Positions 14,101-27,400 of a DNA stretch of 64,000 nt are shown here, one piece after another (position 1 is the stretch's first letter; each line of letters opens with the position of its first letter). Position numbers and translations under genes: made by a program. The notes under the pieces are model-generated. The model had not been told where the DNA came from, did no database searches, and saw only the letters and a program-made list of their open reading frames with translations. This DNA comes from Eledone cirrhosa. Lineage: Eukaryota. The DNA lies in contig OZ024758.1 of assembly GCA_964016885.1 (NCBI GenBank), positions 38,502,001 to 38,566,000 of the forward strand. The letters run 5' to 3'.

Positions 14101-17100
14101 TAACTCCACTGTTGGTGAGAATTCATTTAAGTTCATGGTACTAGCTGTCAGAAGTAACCCCAATGTTGGTGAGAATTCATTTAAGTTCATGGTATTAGCT
14201 GTCAGAAGTCACTCCAATGTTGGTGAGAATTCATTTAAGTTCATGGTATTAGCTGTGAGAAGTCACTCCACTGTTGGTGAGAATTCATTTAAGTTCATGG
14301 TATTAGCTGTCAGAAGTACCTCCACTGTTGGTGAGAATTCATTTAAGTTCATGGTATTAGCTGTCAGAAGTAACTCCACTGTTGGTGAGAATTCATTTAA
14401 GTTCATGGTATTAGCTGTCAGAAGGAACTCCAATGTTGGTGAGAATTCATTTAAGTCATGGTACTAGCTGTCAGAAGTAACTCCACTGTTGGTGAGAATT
14501 CATTTAAGTTCATGGTATTAGCTGTCAGAAGTAACTCCACTGTTGGTGAGAATTCATTTAAGTTCATGGTACTAGCTGTCAGAAGTAACTCCAATGTTGG
14601 TGAGAATTCATTTAAGTTCATGGTATTAGCTGTCAGAAGGAACTCCACTGTTGGTGAGAATTCATTTAAGTTCATGGTATTAGCTGTCAGAAGTAACTCC
14701 ACTGTTGGTGAGAATTCATTTAAGTTCATGGTACTAGTTGTCAGAAGTAACTCCACTGTTGGTGAGAATTCATTTAAGTTCATGTTACTAGCTGTCAGAA
14801 GTAACTCCACTGTTGGTGAGAATTCATTTAAGTTCATGGTATTAGTTTGTCAGAAGTAACTCCACTGTTGGTGAGAATTCATTTAAGTTCATGGTACTAG
14901 CTGTCAGAAGTAACTCCAATGTTGGTGAGAATTCATTTAAGTTCATGGTATTAGCTGTCAGAAGTAACTCCACTGTTGGTGAGAATTCATTTAAGTTCAT
15001 GGTACTAGCTGTCAGAAGTAACTCCAATGTTGGTGAGAATTCATTTAAGTTCATGGTATTAGCTGTCAGAAGTAACTCCACTGTTGGTGAGAATTCATTT
15101 AAGTCATGGTATTAGCTGTCAGAAGTAACTCCAATGTTGGTGAGAATTCATTTAAGTTCATGGTATTAGCTGTCAGAAGTAACTCCACTGTTGGTGAGAA
15201 TTCATTTAAGTTCACGGTACTAGCTGTCAGAAGTAACTCCACTGTTGGTGAGAATTCATTTAAGTTCATGGTATTAGTTTGTCAGAAGTAACTCCACTGT
15301 TGGTGAGAATTCATTTAAGTCGTGGTATTAGTTGTCAGAAGTTTACTCCAATGTTGGTGAGAATTCATTTAAGTTCATGGTACTAGCTGTCAGAAGTAAC
15401 TCCACTGTTGGTGAGAATTCATTTAAGTTCATGGTATTAGCTGTCAGAAGTAACTCCACTGTTGGTGAGAATTGATTTAAGTTCATGGTACTAGCTGTCA
15501 GACGTAACTCCACTGTTGGTGAGAATTCATTTAAGTTCATGGTATTAGCTGTCAGAAGTAACTCCACTGTTGGTGAGAATTGATTTAAGTTCATGGTACT
15601 AGCTGTCAGAAGTAACTCCACTGTTGGTGAGAATTCATTTAAGTTCATGGTACTAGCTGTCAGAAGTAACTCCACTGTTGGTGAGAATTCAGTTAAGTTC
15701 ATGGTATTAGTTGTCAGAAGTAACTCCACTGTTGGTGAGAATTCATTTAAATCATGGTATTAGTTGTCAGAAGTAACTCCAATGTTGGTGAGAATTCATT
15801 TAATTTCATGGTACTAGCTGTCAGAAGTAACTCCACTGTTGGTGAGAAATCATTTAAGTCATGGTATTAGTTGTCAGAAGTAACTCCAATGTTGGTGAGA
15901 ATTCATTTAAGTTCATGGTACTAGCTGTCAGAAGTAACTCCACTGTTGGTGAGAATTCATTTAAGTTCATGGTATTAGCTGTCAGAAGTAACTCCACTGT
16001 TGGTGAGAATTCATTTAAGTCATGGTATTAGTTGTCAGAAGTAACTCCAATGTTGGTGAGAATTCATTTAAGTTCATGGTACTAGCTGTCAGAAGTAACT
16101 CCACTGTTGGTGAGAATTCATTTAAGTTCATGGTATTAGCTGTCAGAAGTAACTCCACTGTTGGTGAGAATTCATTTAAGTCATGGTATTAGCTGTCAGA
16201 AGTAACTCCAATGTTGGTGAGAATTCATTTAAGTCTTGGTACTAGCTGTCAGAAGTAACTCCAATGTTGGTGAGAATTCAGTTAAGTTCATGGTATTAGC
16301 TGTCAGAAGGAACTCCACTGTTGGTGAGAATTCATTTAAGTTCATGGTATTAGCTGTCAGAAGTAACTCCACTGTTGGTGAGAATTCATTTAAGTTCATT
16401 GTACTAGCTGTCAGAAGTAACTCCACTGTTGGTGAGAATTCATTTAAGTTCATGGTACTAGCCGTCAGAAGTAACTCCACTGTTGGTGAGAATTCAGTTA
16501 AGTTCATGGTATTAGTTGTCAGAAGTAACTCCACTGTTGGTGAGAATTCATTTAAATCATGGTATTAGTTGTCAGAAGTAACTCCAATGTTGGTGAGAAT
16601 TCATTTAAGTTCATGGTACCAGCTGTCAGAAGTAACTCCACTGTTGGTGAGAATTCATTTAAGTTCATGGTATTAGCTGTCAGAAGTAACTCCACTGTTG
16701 GTGAGAATTCATTTAAGTTCACGGTACTAGCTGTCAGAAGTAACTCCACTGTTGGTGAGAATTCATTTAAGTTCATGGTATTAGCTGTCAGAAGTACCTC
16801 CACTGTTGGTGAGAATTCATTTAAGTTCATGGTATTAGCTGTCAGAAGTAACTCCACTGTTGGTGAGAATTCATTTAAGTTCATGGTATTAGCTGTCAGA
16901 AGTAACTCCACTGTTGGTGAGAATTCATTTAAGTTCATGGTACTAGCTGTCAGAAGTAACTCCACTGTTGGTGAGAATTCATTTAAGTTCATGGTACTAG
17001 CTGTCAGACGTAACTCCACTGTTGGTGAGAATTCATTTAAGTTCATGGTACTAGCTGTCAGAAGTAACCCCAATGTTGGTGAGAATTCATTTAAGTTCAT

Positions 17101-19620
17101 GGTATTAGCTGTCAGAAGTCACTCCAATGTTGGTGAGAATTCATTTAAGTTCATGGTATTAGCTGTGAGAAGTCACTCCACTGTTGGTGAGAATTCATTT
17201 AAGTTCATGGTATTAGCTGTCAGAAGTACCTCCACTGTTGGTGAGAATTCATTTAAGTTCATGGTATTAGCTGTCAGAAGTAACTCCACTGTTGGTGAGA
17301 ATTCATTTAAGTTCATGGTATTAGCTGTCAGAAGGAACTCCAATGTTGGTGAGAATTCATTTAAGTCATGGTACTAGCTGTCAGAAGTAACTCCACTGTT
17401 GGTGAGAATTCATTTAAGTTCATGGTATTAGCTGTCAGAAGTAACTCCACTGTTGGTGAGAATTCATTTAAGTTCATGGTACTAGCTGTCAGAAGTAACT
17501 CCAATGTTGGTGAGAATTCATTTAAGTTCATGGTATTAGCTGTCAGAAGGAACTCCACTGTTGGTGAGAATTCATTTAAGTTCATGGTATTAGCTGTCAG
17601 AAGTAACTCCACTGTTGGTGAGAATTCATTTAAGTTCATGGTACTAGTTGTCAGAAGTAACTCCACTGTTGGTGAGAATTCATTTAAGTTCATGTTACTA
17701 GCTGTCAGAAGTAACTCCACTGTTGGTGAGAATTCATTTAAGTTCATGGTATTAGTTTGTCAGAAGTAACTCCACTGTTGGTGAGAATTCATTTAAGTTC
17801 ATGGTACTAGCTGTCAGAAGTAACTCCAATGTTGGTGAGAATTCATTTAAGTTCATGGTATTAGCTGTCAGAAGTAACTCCACTGTTGGTGAGAATTCAT
17901 TTAAGTTCATGGTACTAGCTGTCAGAAGTAACTCCAATGTTGGTGAGAATTCATTTAAGTTCATGGTATTAGCTGTCAGAAGTAACTCCACTGTTGGTGA
18001 GAATTCATTTAAGTCATGGTATTAGCTGTCAGAAGTAACTCCAATGTTGGTGAGAATTCATTTAAGTTCATGGTATTAGCTGTCAGAAGTAACTCCACTG
18101 TTGGTGAGAATTCATTTAAGTTCACGGTACTAGCTGTCAGAAGTAACTCCACTGTTGGTGAGAATTCATTTAAGTTCATGGTATTAGTTTGTCAGAAGTA
18201 ACTCCACTGTTGGTGAGAATTCATTTAAGTCGTGGTATTAGTTGTCAGAAGTTTACTCCAATGTTGGTGAGAATTCATTTAAGTTCATGGTACTAGCTGT
18301 CAGAAGTAACTCCACTGTTGGTGAGAATTCATTTAAGTTCATGGTATTAGCTGTCAGAAGTAACTCCACTGTTGGTGAGAATTGATTTAAGTTCATGGTA
18401 CTAGCTGTCAGACGTAACTCCACTGTTGGTGAGAATTCATTTAAGTTCATGGTATTAGCTGTCAGAAGTAACTCCACTGTTGGTGAGAATTGATTTAAGT
18501 TCATGGTACTAGCTGTCAGAAGTAACTCCACTGTTGGTGAGAATTCATTTAAGTTCATGGTACTAGCTGTCAGAAGTAACTCCACTGTTGGTGAGAATTC
18601 AGTTAAGTTCATGGTATTAGTTGTCAGAAGTAACTCCACTGTTGGTGAGAATTCATTTAAATCATGGTATTAGTTGTCAGAAGTAACTCCAATGTTGGTG
18701 AGAATTCATTTAATTTCATGGTACTAGCTGTCAGAAGTAACTCCACTGTTGGTGAGAAATCATTTAAGTCATGGTATTAGTTGTCAGAAGTAACTCCAAT
18801 GTTGGTGAGAATTCATTTAAGTTCATGGTACTAGCTGTCAGAAGTAACTCCACTGTTGGTGAGAATTCATTTAAGTTCATGGTATTAGCTGTCAGAAGTA
18901 ACTCCACTGTTGGTGAGAATTCATTTAAGTCATGGTATTAGTTGTCAGAAGTAACTCCAATGTTGGTGAGAATTCATTTAAGTTCATGGTACTAGCTGTC
19001 AGAAGTAACTCCACTGTTGGTGAGAATTCATTTAAGTTCATGGTATTAGCTGTCAGAAGTAACTCCACTGTTGGTGAGAATTCATTTAAGTCATGGTATT
19101 AGCTGTCAGAAGTAACTCCAATGTTGGTGAGAATTCATTTAAGTCTTGGTACTAGCTGTCAGAAGTAACTCCAATGTTGGTGAGAATTCAGTTAAGTTCA
19201 TGGTATTAGCTGTCAGAAGGAACTCCACTGTTGGTGAGAATTCATTTAAGTTCATGGTATTAGCTGTCAGAAGTAACTCCACTGTTGGTGAGAATTCATT
19301 TAAGTTCATTGTACTAGCTGTCAGAAGTAACTCCACTGTTGGTGAGAATTCATTTAAGTTCATGGTACTAGCCGTCAGAAGTAACTCCACTGTTGGTGAG
19401 AATTCAGTTAAGTTCATGGTATTAGTTGTCAGAAGTAACTCCACTGTTGGTGAGAATTCATTTAAATCATGGTATTAGTTGTCAGAAGTAACTCCAATGT
19501 TGGTGAGAATTCATTTAAGTTCATGGTACCAGCTGTCAGAAGTAACTCCACTGTTGGTGAGAATTCATTTAAGTTCATGGTATTAGCTGTCAGAAGTAAC
19601 TCCACTGTTGGTGAGAATTC
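4200..19620 (+). repeat. Variable-length HOR family, 6 copies (unit lengths 1993, 2479, 3180, 2802, 2910 bp)
   Basis: The marker GTCGTGGTATTAGTTGTCAGAAGTTTACTCC occurs at 4865, 6858, 9337, 12517, 15319 and 18229. Each is followed by two GAGAATTGATTT (EcoRI-less) monomers and preceded by CATGTTACTAG and TTCACGGTAC variants. Confidence 0.9.
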
Positions 19621-21519
19621 ATTTAAGTCATGGTATTAGCTGTCAGAAGGAACTCCACTGTTGGTAAGAATTCATTTAAGTTCATGGTATTAGCTGTCAG
19701 AAGTAACTCCACTGTTGGTGAGAATTCATTTAAGTTCATGGTACTAGCTGTCAGAAGTAACTCCACTGTTGGTGAGAATTCATTTAAGTTCATGGTACTA
19801 GCTGTCAGAAGTAACTCCACTGTTGGTGAGAATTCATTTAAGTTCATGGTACTAGCTGTCAGAAGTAACCCCAATGTTGGTGAGAATTCATTTAAGTTCA
19901 TGGTATTAGCTGTCAGAAGTCACTCCAATGTTGGTGAGAATTCATTTAAGTTCATGGTATTAGCTGTGAGAAGTCACTCCACTGTTGGTGAGAATTCATT
20001 TAAGTTCATGGTATTAGCTGTCAGAAGTACCTCCACTGTTGGTGAGAATTCATTTAAGTTCATGGTATTAGCTGTCAGAAGTAACTCCACTGTTGGTGAG
20101 AATTCATTTAAGTTCATGGTATTAGCTGTCAGAAGGAACTCCAATGTTGGTGAGAATTCATTTAAGTCATGGTACTAGCTGTCAGAAGTAACTCCACTGT
20201 TGGTGAGAATTCATTTAAGTTCATGGTATTAGCTGTCAGAAGGAACGCCACTGTTGGTGAGAATTCATTTAAGTTCATGGTATTAGCTGTCAGAAGTAAC
20301 TCCACTGTTGGTGAGAATTCATTTAAGTTCATGGTACTAGCTGTCAGAAGTAACTCCACTGTTGGTGAGAATTCATTTAAGTTCATGGTATTAGTTTGTC
20401 AGAAGTAACTCCACTGTTGGTGAGAATTCATTTAAGTCATGGTATTAGTTGTCAGAAGTAACTCCAATGTTGGTGAGAATTCATTTAAGTCATGGTACTA
20501 GCTGTCAGAAGTAACTCCAATGTTGGTGAGAATTCATTTAAGTTCATGGTATTAGCTGTCAGAAGGAACTCCACTGTTGGTGAGAATTCATTTAAGTTCA
20601 TGGTATTAGCTGTCAGAAGTAACTCCACTGTTGGTGAGAATTCATTTAAGTTCATGGTATTAGCTGTCAGAAGTAACTCCACTGTTGGTGAGAATTCATT
20701 TAAGTTCATGGTACTAGCTGTCAGAAGTAACTCCACTGTTGGTGAGAATTCATTTAAGTTCATGGTTCTAGCTGTCAGAATTAACTCCACTGTTGGTGAG
20801 AATTCATTTAAGTTCATGGTACTAGCTGTCAGAAGTAACTCCAATGTTGGTAAGAATTCATTTAAGTTCATGATATTAGCTGTCAGAAGTAACTCCACAG
20901 TTGGTGAGAATTCATTTAAGTTCATGGTACTAGCTGTCAGAAGTAACTCCACTGTTGGTGAGAATTCATTTAAGTTTATGGTACTAGCTGTCAGAAGTAA
21001 CCCCAATGTTGGTGAGAATTCATTTAAGTTCATGGTATTAGCTGTCAGAAGTCACTCCAATGTTGGTGAGAATTCATTTAAGTTCATGGTATTAGCTGTC
21101 AGAAGTCACTCCACTGTTGGTGAGAATTCATTTAAGTTCATGGTACTAGCTGTCAGAAGTAACCCCAATGTTGCTGAGAATTCATTTAAGTTCATGGTAT
21201 TAGCTGTCAGAAGTCACTCCAATGTTGGTGAGAATTCATTTAAGTTCATGGTATTAGCTGTCAGAAGTAACTCCACTGTTGGTGAGAATTCATTTAAGTT
21301 CATGGTATTAGCTGTCAGAAGTAACTCCACTGTTGGTGAGAATTCATTTATGTTCATGGTATTAGCTGTCAGAAGTAACTCCACTGTTGGTGAGAATTCA
21401 TTTAAGTTCATGGTATTACCTGTCAGAAGGAACTCCAATGTTGGTGAGAATTCATTTAAGTCATGGTACTAGCTGTCAGAAGTAACTCCACTGTTGGTGA
21501 GAATTCATTTAAGTTCATG

Positions 21520-24420
21520 GTATTAGCTGTCAGAAGGAACGCCACTGTTGGTGAGAATTCAGTTAAGTTCATGGTATTAGCTGTCAGAAGTAACTCCACT
21601 GTTGGTGAGAATTCATTTAAGTTCATGGTACTAGCTGTCAGAAGTAACTCCAATGTTGGTGAGAATTCATTTAAGTTCATGGTATTAGCTGTCAGAAGGA
21701 ACTCCACTGTTGGTGAGAAATCATTTAAGTCTTGGTATTAGTTGTCAGAAGTAACTCCAATGTTGGTGAGAATTCATTTAAGTTCATGGTACTAACTGTC
21801 AGAAGTAACTCCACTGTTGGTGAGATTTCATTTAAGTTCATGGTACTAGCTGTCAAAAGTAACTCCAATGTTGGTGAGAATTCATTTCAGTTCATGGTAT
21901 TAGCTGTCAGAAGTAACTCCACTGTTGGTGAGAATTCATTTAAGTTCATGGTACTAGCTGTCAGAAGTAACTCCACTGTTGGTGAGAATTCAGTTAAGTT
22001 CATGGTATTAGTTGTCAGAAGTAACTCCACTGTTGGTGAGAATTCATTTAAATCATGGTATTAGTTGTCAGAAGTAACTCCAATGTTGGTGAGAATTCAT
22101 TTAATTTCATGGTACTAGCTGTCAGAAGTAACTCCATTGTTGGTGAGAAATCATTTAAGTCATGGTATTAGTTGTCAGAAGTAACTCCAATGTTGGTGAG
22201 AATTCATTTAAGTTCATGGTACTAGCTGTCAGAAGTAACTCCACTGTTGGTGAGAATTCATTTAAGTTCATGGTATTAGCTGTCAGAAGTAACTCCACTG
22301 TTGGTGAGAATTCATTTAAGTCATGGTATTAGTTGTCAGAAGTAACTCCAATGTTGGTGAGAATTCATTTAAGTCTTGGTACTAGCTGTCAGAAGTAACT
22401 CCAATGTTGGTGAGAATTCAGTTAAGTTCATGGTATTAGCTGTCAGAAGGAACTCCACTGTTGGTGAGAATTCATTTAAGTTCATGGTATTAGCTGTCAG
22501 AAGTAACTTCACTGTTGGTGAGAATTCATTTAAGTTCATGGTACTAGCTGTCAGAAGTAACTCCACTGTTGGTGAGAATTCATTTAAGTTCATGGTACTA
22601 GCCGTCAGAAGTAACTCCACTGTTGGTGAGAATTCAGTTAAGTTCATGGTATTAGTTGTCAGAAGTAACTCCACTGTTGGTGAGAATTCATTTAAATCAT
22701 GGTATTAGTTGTCAGAAGTAACTCCAATGTTGGTGAGAATTCATTTAAGTTCATGGTACTAGCTGTCAGAAGTAACTCCACTGTTGGTGAGAATTCATTT
22801 AAGTTCATGGTATTAGCTGTCAGAAGGAACTCCACTGTTGGTGGGAATTCATTTAAGTTCATGGTATTAGCTGTGAGAAGTCACTCCACTGTTGGTGAGA
22901 ATTCATTTGAGTTCATGGTATTAGCTGTCAGAAGTACCTCCACTGTTGGTGAGAATTCATTTAAGTTCATGGTATTAGCTGTCAGAAGGAACGCCACTGT
23001 TGGTGAGAATTCAGTTAAGTTCATGGTATTAGCTGTCAGAAGTAACTCCACTGTTGGTGAGAATTCATTTAAGTTCATGGTACTAGCTGTCAGAAGTAAC
23101 TCCAATGTTGGTGAGAATTCATTTAAGTTCATGGTATTAGCTGTCAGAAGGAACTCCACTGTTGGTGAGAAATCATTTAAGTCTTGGTATTAGTTGTCAG
23201 AAGTAACTCCAATGTTGGTGAGAATTCATTTAAGTTCATGGTACTAACTGTCAGAAGTAACTCCACTGTTGGTGAGATTTCATTTAAGTTCATGGTACTA
23301 GCTGTCAAAAGTAACTCCAATGTTGGTGAGAATTCATTTCAGTTCATGGTATTAGCTGTCAGAAGTAACTCCACTGTTGGTGAGAATTCATTTAAGTTCA
23401 TGGTACTAGCTGTCAGAAGTAACTCCACTGTTGGTGAGAATTCAGTTAAGTTCATGGTATTAGTTGTCAGAAGTAACTCCACTGTTGGTGAGAATTCATT
23501 TAAATCATGGTATTAGTTGTCAGAAGTAACTCCAATGTTGGTGAGAATTCATTTAATTTCATGGTACTAGCTGTCAGAAGTAACTCCATTGTTGGTGAGA
23601 AATCATTTAAGTCATGGTATTAGTTGTCAGAAGTAACTCCAATGTTGGTGAGAATTCATTTAAGTTCATGGTACTAGCTGTCAGAAGTAACTCCACTGTT
23701 GGTGAGAATTCATTTAAGTTCATGGTATTAGCTGTCAGAAGTAACTCCACTGTTGGTGAGAATTCATTTAAGTCATGGTATTAGTTGTCAGAAGTAACTC
23801 CAATGTTGGTGAGAATTCATTTAAGTCTTGGTACTAGCTGTCAGAAGTAACTCCAATGTTGGTGAGAATTCAGTTAAGTTCATGGTATTAGCTGTCAGAA
23901 GGAACTCCACTGTTGGTGAGAATTCATTTAAGTTCATGGTATTAGCTGTCAGAAGTAACTTCACTGTTGGTGAGAATTCATTTAAGTTCATGGTACTAGC
24001 TGTCAGAAGTAACTCCACTGTTGGTGAGAATTCATTTAAGTTCATGGTACTAGCCGTCAGAAGTAACTCCACTGTTGGTGAGAATTCAGTTAAGTTCATG
24101 GTATTAGTTGTCAGAAGTAACTCCACTGTTGGTGAGAATTCATTTAAATCATGGTATTAGTTGTCAGAAGTAACTCCAATGTTGGTGAGAATTCATTTAA
24201 GTTCATGGTACTAGCTGTCAGAAGTAACTCCACTGTTGGTGAGAATTCATTTAAGTTCATGGTATTAGCTGTCAGAAGGAACTCCACTGTTGGTGGGAAT
24301 TCATTTAAGTTCATGGTATTAGCTGTGAGAAGTCACTCCACTGTTGGTGAGAATTCATTTGAGTTCATGGTATTAGCTGTCAGAAGTACCTCCACTGTTG
24401 GTGAGAATTCATTTAAGTTC
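21520..24420 (+). repeat. Tandem higher-order repeat, 2 x 1452 bp (27 monomers)
   Basis: ORFs 21732/23184, 22376/23828 and 22699/24151 are offset by 1452. Private variants ACTAACTGTC, GAGATTTCA, AACTTCACT and TTTGAGTTC each occur twice at this offset. Confidence 0.92.
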
Positions 24421-27400
24421 ATGGTATTAGCTGTCAGAAGTAACTCCACTGTTGGTGAGAATTCATTTAAGTTCATGGTATTAGCTGTCAGAAGGAACTC
24501 CAATGTTGGTGAGAATTCATTTAAGTCATGGTACTAGCTGTCAGAAGTAACTCCACTGTTGGTGAGAATTCATTTAAGTTTATGGTATTAGCTGTCAGAA
24601 GGAACGCCACTGTTGGTGAGAATTCATTTAAGTTCATGGTATTAGCTGTCAGAAGTAACTCCACTGTTGGTGAGAATTCATTTAAGTTCATGGTACTAGC
24701 TGTCAGAAGTAACTCCAATGTTGGTGAGAATTCATTTAAGTTCATGGTATTAGCTGTCAGAAGGAACTCCACTGTTGGTGAGAATTCATTTAAGTTCATG
24801 GTATTAGCTGTCAGAAGTAACTCCACTGTTGGTGAGAATTCATTTAAGTTCATGGTACTAGTTGTCAGAAGTAACTCCACTGTTGGTGAGAATTCATTTA
24901 AGTTCATGGTATTAGTTGTCAGAAGTAACTCCACTGTTGGTGAGAATTCATTTAAGTCATGGTATTAGTTGTCAGAAGTAACTCCAATGTTGGTGAGAAT
25001 TCATTTAAGTTCATGGTACTAGCTGTCAGAAGTAACTCCACTGTTGGTGAGAATTCATTTAAGTCATGGTATTAGCTGTCAGAAGTAACTCCATTGTTGG
25101 TGAGAATTCATTTAAGTCATGGTACTAGCTGTCAGAAGTAACTCCACTGTTGGTGAGAATTCATTTAAGTTCATGGTATTAGCTGTCAGAAGGAACTCCA
25201 CTGTTGGTGAGAATTCATTTAAGTTCATGGTATTAGTTTGTCAGAAGTAACTCCACTGTTGGTGAGAATTCATTTAAGTCATGGTATTAGTTGTCAGAAG
25301 TAACTCCAATGTTGGTGAGAATTCATTTAAGTCATGGTACTAGCTGTCAGAAGTAACTCCAATGTTGGTGAGAATTCATTTAAGTTCATGGTATTAGCTG
25401 TCAGAAGGAACTCCACTGTTGGTGAGAATTCATTTAAGTTCATGGTATTAGCTGTCAGAAGTAACTCCACTGTTGGTGAGAATTCATTTAAGTTCATGGT
25501 ATTAGCTGTCAGAAGTAACTCCACTGTTGGTGAGAATTCATTTAAGTTCATGGTACTAGCTGTCAGAAGTAACTCCACTGTTGGTGAGAATTCATTTAAG
25601 TTCATGGTTCTAGCTGTCAGAATTAACTCCACTGTTGGTGAGAATTCATTTAAGTTCATGGTACTAGCTGTCAGAAGTAACTCCAATGTTGGTAAGAATT
25701 CATTTAAGTTCATGATATTAGCTGTCAGAAGTAACTCCACTGTTGGTGAGAATTCATTTAAGTTCATGGTACTAGCTGTCAGAAGTAACTCCACTGTTGG
25801 TGAGAATTCATTTAAGTTTATGGTACTAGCTGTCAGAAGTAACCCCAATGTTGGTGAGAATTCATTTAAGTTCATGGTATTAGCTGTCAGAAGTCACTCC
25901 AATGTTGGTGAGAATTCATTTAAGTTCATGGTATTAGCTGTCAGAAGTCACTCCACTGTTGGTGAGAATTCATTTAAGTTCATGGTACTAGCTGTCAGAA
26001 GTAACCCCAATGTTGCTGAGAATTCATTTAAGTTCATGGTATTAGCTGTCAGAAGTCACTCCAATGTTGGTGAGAATTCATTTAAGTTCATGGTATTAGC
26101 TGTCAGAAGTAACTCCACTGTTGGTGAGAATTCATTTAAGTTCATGGTATTAGCTGTCAGAAGTAACTCCACTGTTGGTGAGAATTCATTTAAGTTCATG
26201 GTATTAGCTGTCAGAAGTAACTCCACTGTTGGTGAGAATTCATTTAAGTTCATGGTATTACCTGTCAGAAGGAACTCCAATGTTGGTGAGAATTCATTTA
26301 AGTCATGGTACTAGCTGTCAGAAGTAACTCCACTGTTGGTGAGAATTCATTTAAGTTCATGGTATTAGCTGTCAGAAGGAACGCCACTGTTGGTGAGAAT
26401 TCATTTAAGTTCATGGTATTAGCTGTCAGAAGTAACTCCACTGTTGGTGAGAATTCATTTAAGTTCATGGTACTAGCTGTCAGAAGTAACTCCAATGTTG
26501 GTGAGAATTCATTTAAGTTCATGGTATTAGCTGTCAGAAGGAACTCCACTGTTGGTGAGAATTCATTTAAGTCTTGGTATTAGTTGTCAGAAGTAACTCC
26601 AATGTTGGTGAGAATTCATTTAAGTTCATGGTACTAGCTGTCAGAAGTAACTCCACTGTTGGTGAGAATTCATTTACGTTCATGGTACTAGCTGTCAAAA
26701 GTAACTCCACTGTTGGTGAGAATTCATTTAAGTCATGGTATTAGCTGTCAGAAGTAACTCCAATGTTGGTGAGAATTCATTTAAGTCTTGGTACTAGCTG
26801 TCAGAAGTAACTCCAATGTTGGTGAGAATTCAGTTAAGTTCATGGTATTAGCTGTCAGAAGGAACTCCACTGTTGGTGAGAATTCATTTAAGTTCATGGT
26901 ATTAGCTGTCAGAAGTAACTCCACTGTTGGTGAGAATTCATTTAAGTTCATGGTACTAGCTGTCAGACGTAACTCCACTGTTGGTGAGAATTCATTTAAG
27001 TTCATGGTACAAGCCGTCAGAAGTAACTCCACTGTTGGTGAGAATTCAGTTAAGTTCATGGTATTAGTTGTCAGAAGTAACTCCACTGTTGGTGAGAATT
27101 CATTTAAATCATGGTATTAGTTGTCAGAAGTAACTCCAATGTTGGTGAGAATTCATTTAAGTTCATGGTACTAGCTGTCAGAAGTAACTCCACTGTTGGT
27201 GAGAATTCATTTAAGTTCATGGTATTAGCTGTCAGAAGTAACTCCACTGTTGGTGAGAATTCATTTAAGTCATGGTATTAGCTGTCAGAAGTAACTCCAT
27301 TGTTGGTGAGAATTCATTTAAGTCATGGTACTAGCTGTCAGAAGTAACTCCACTGTTGGTGAGAATTCATTTAAGTTCATGGTATTAGCTGTCAGAAGGA

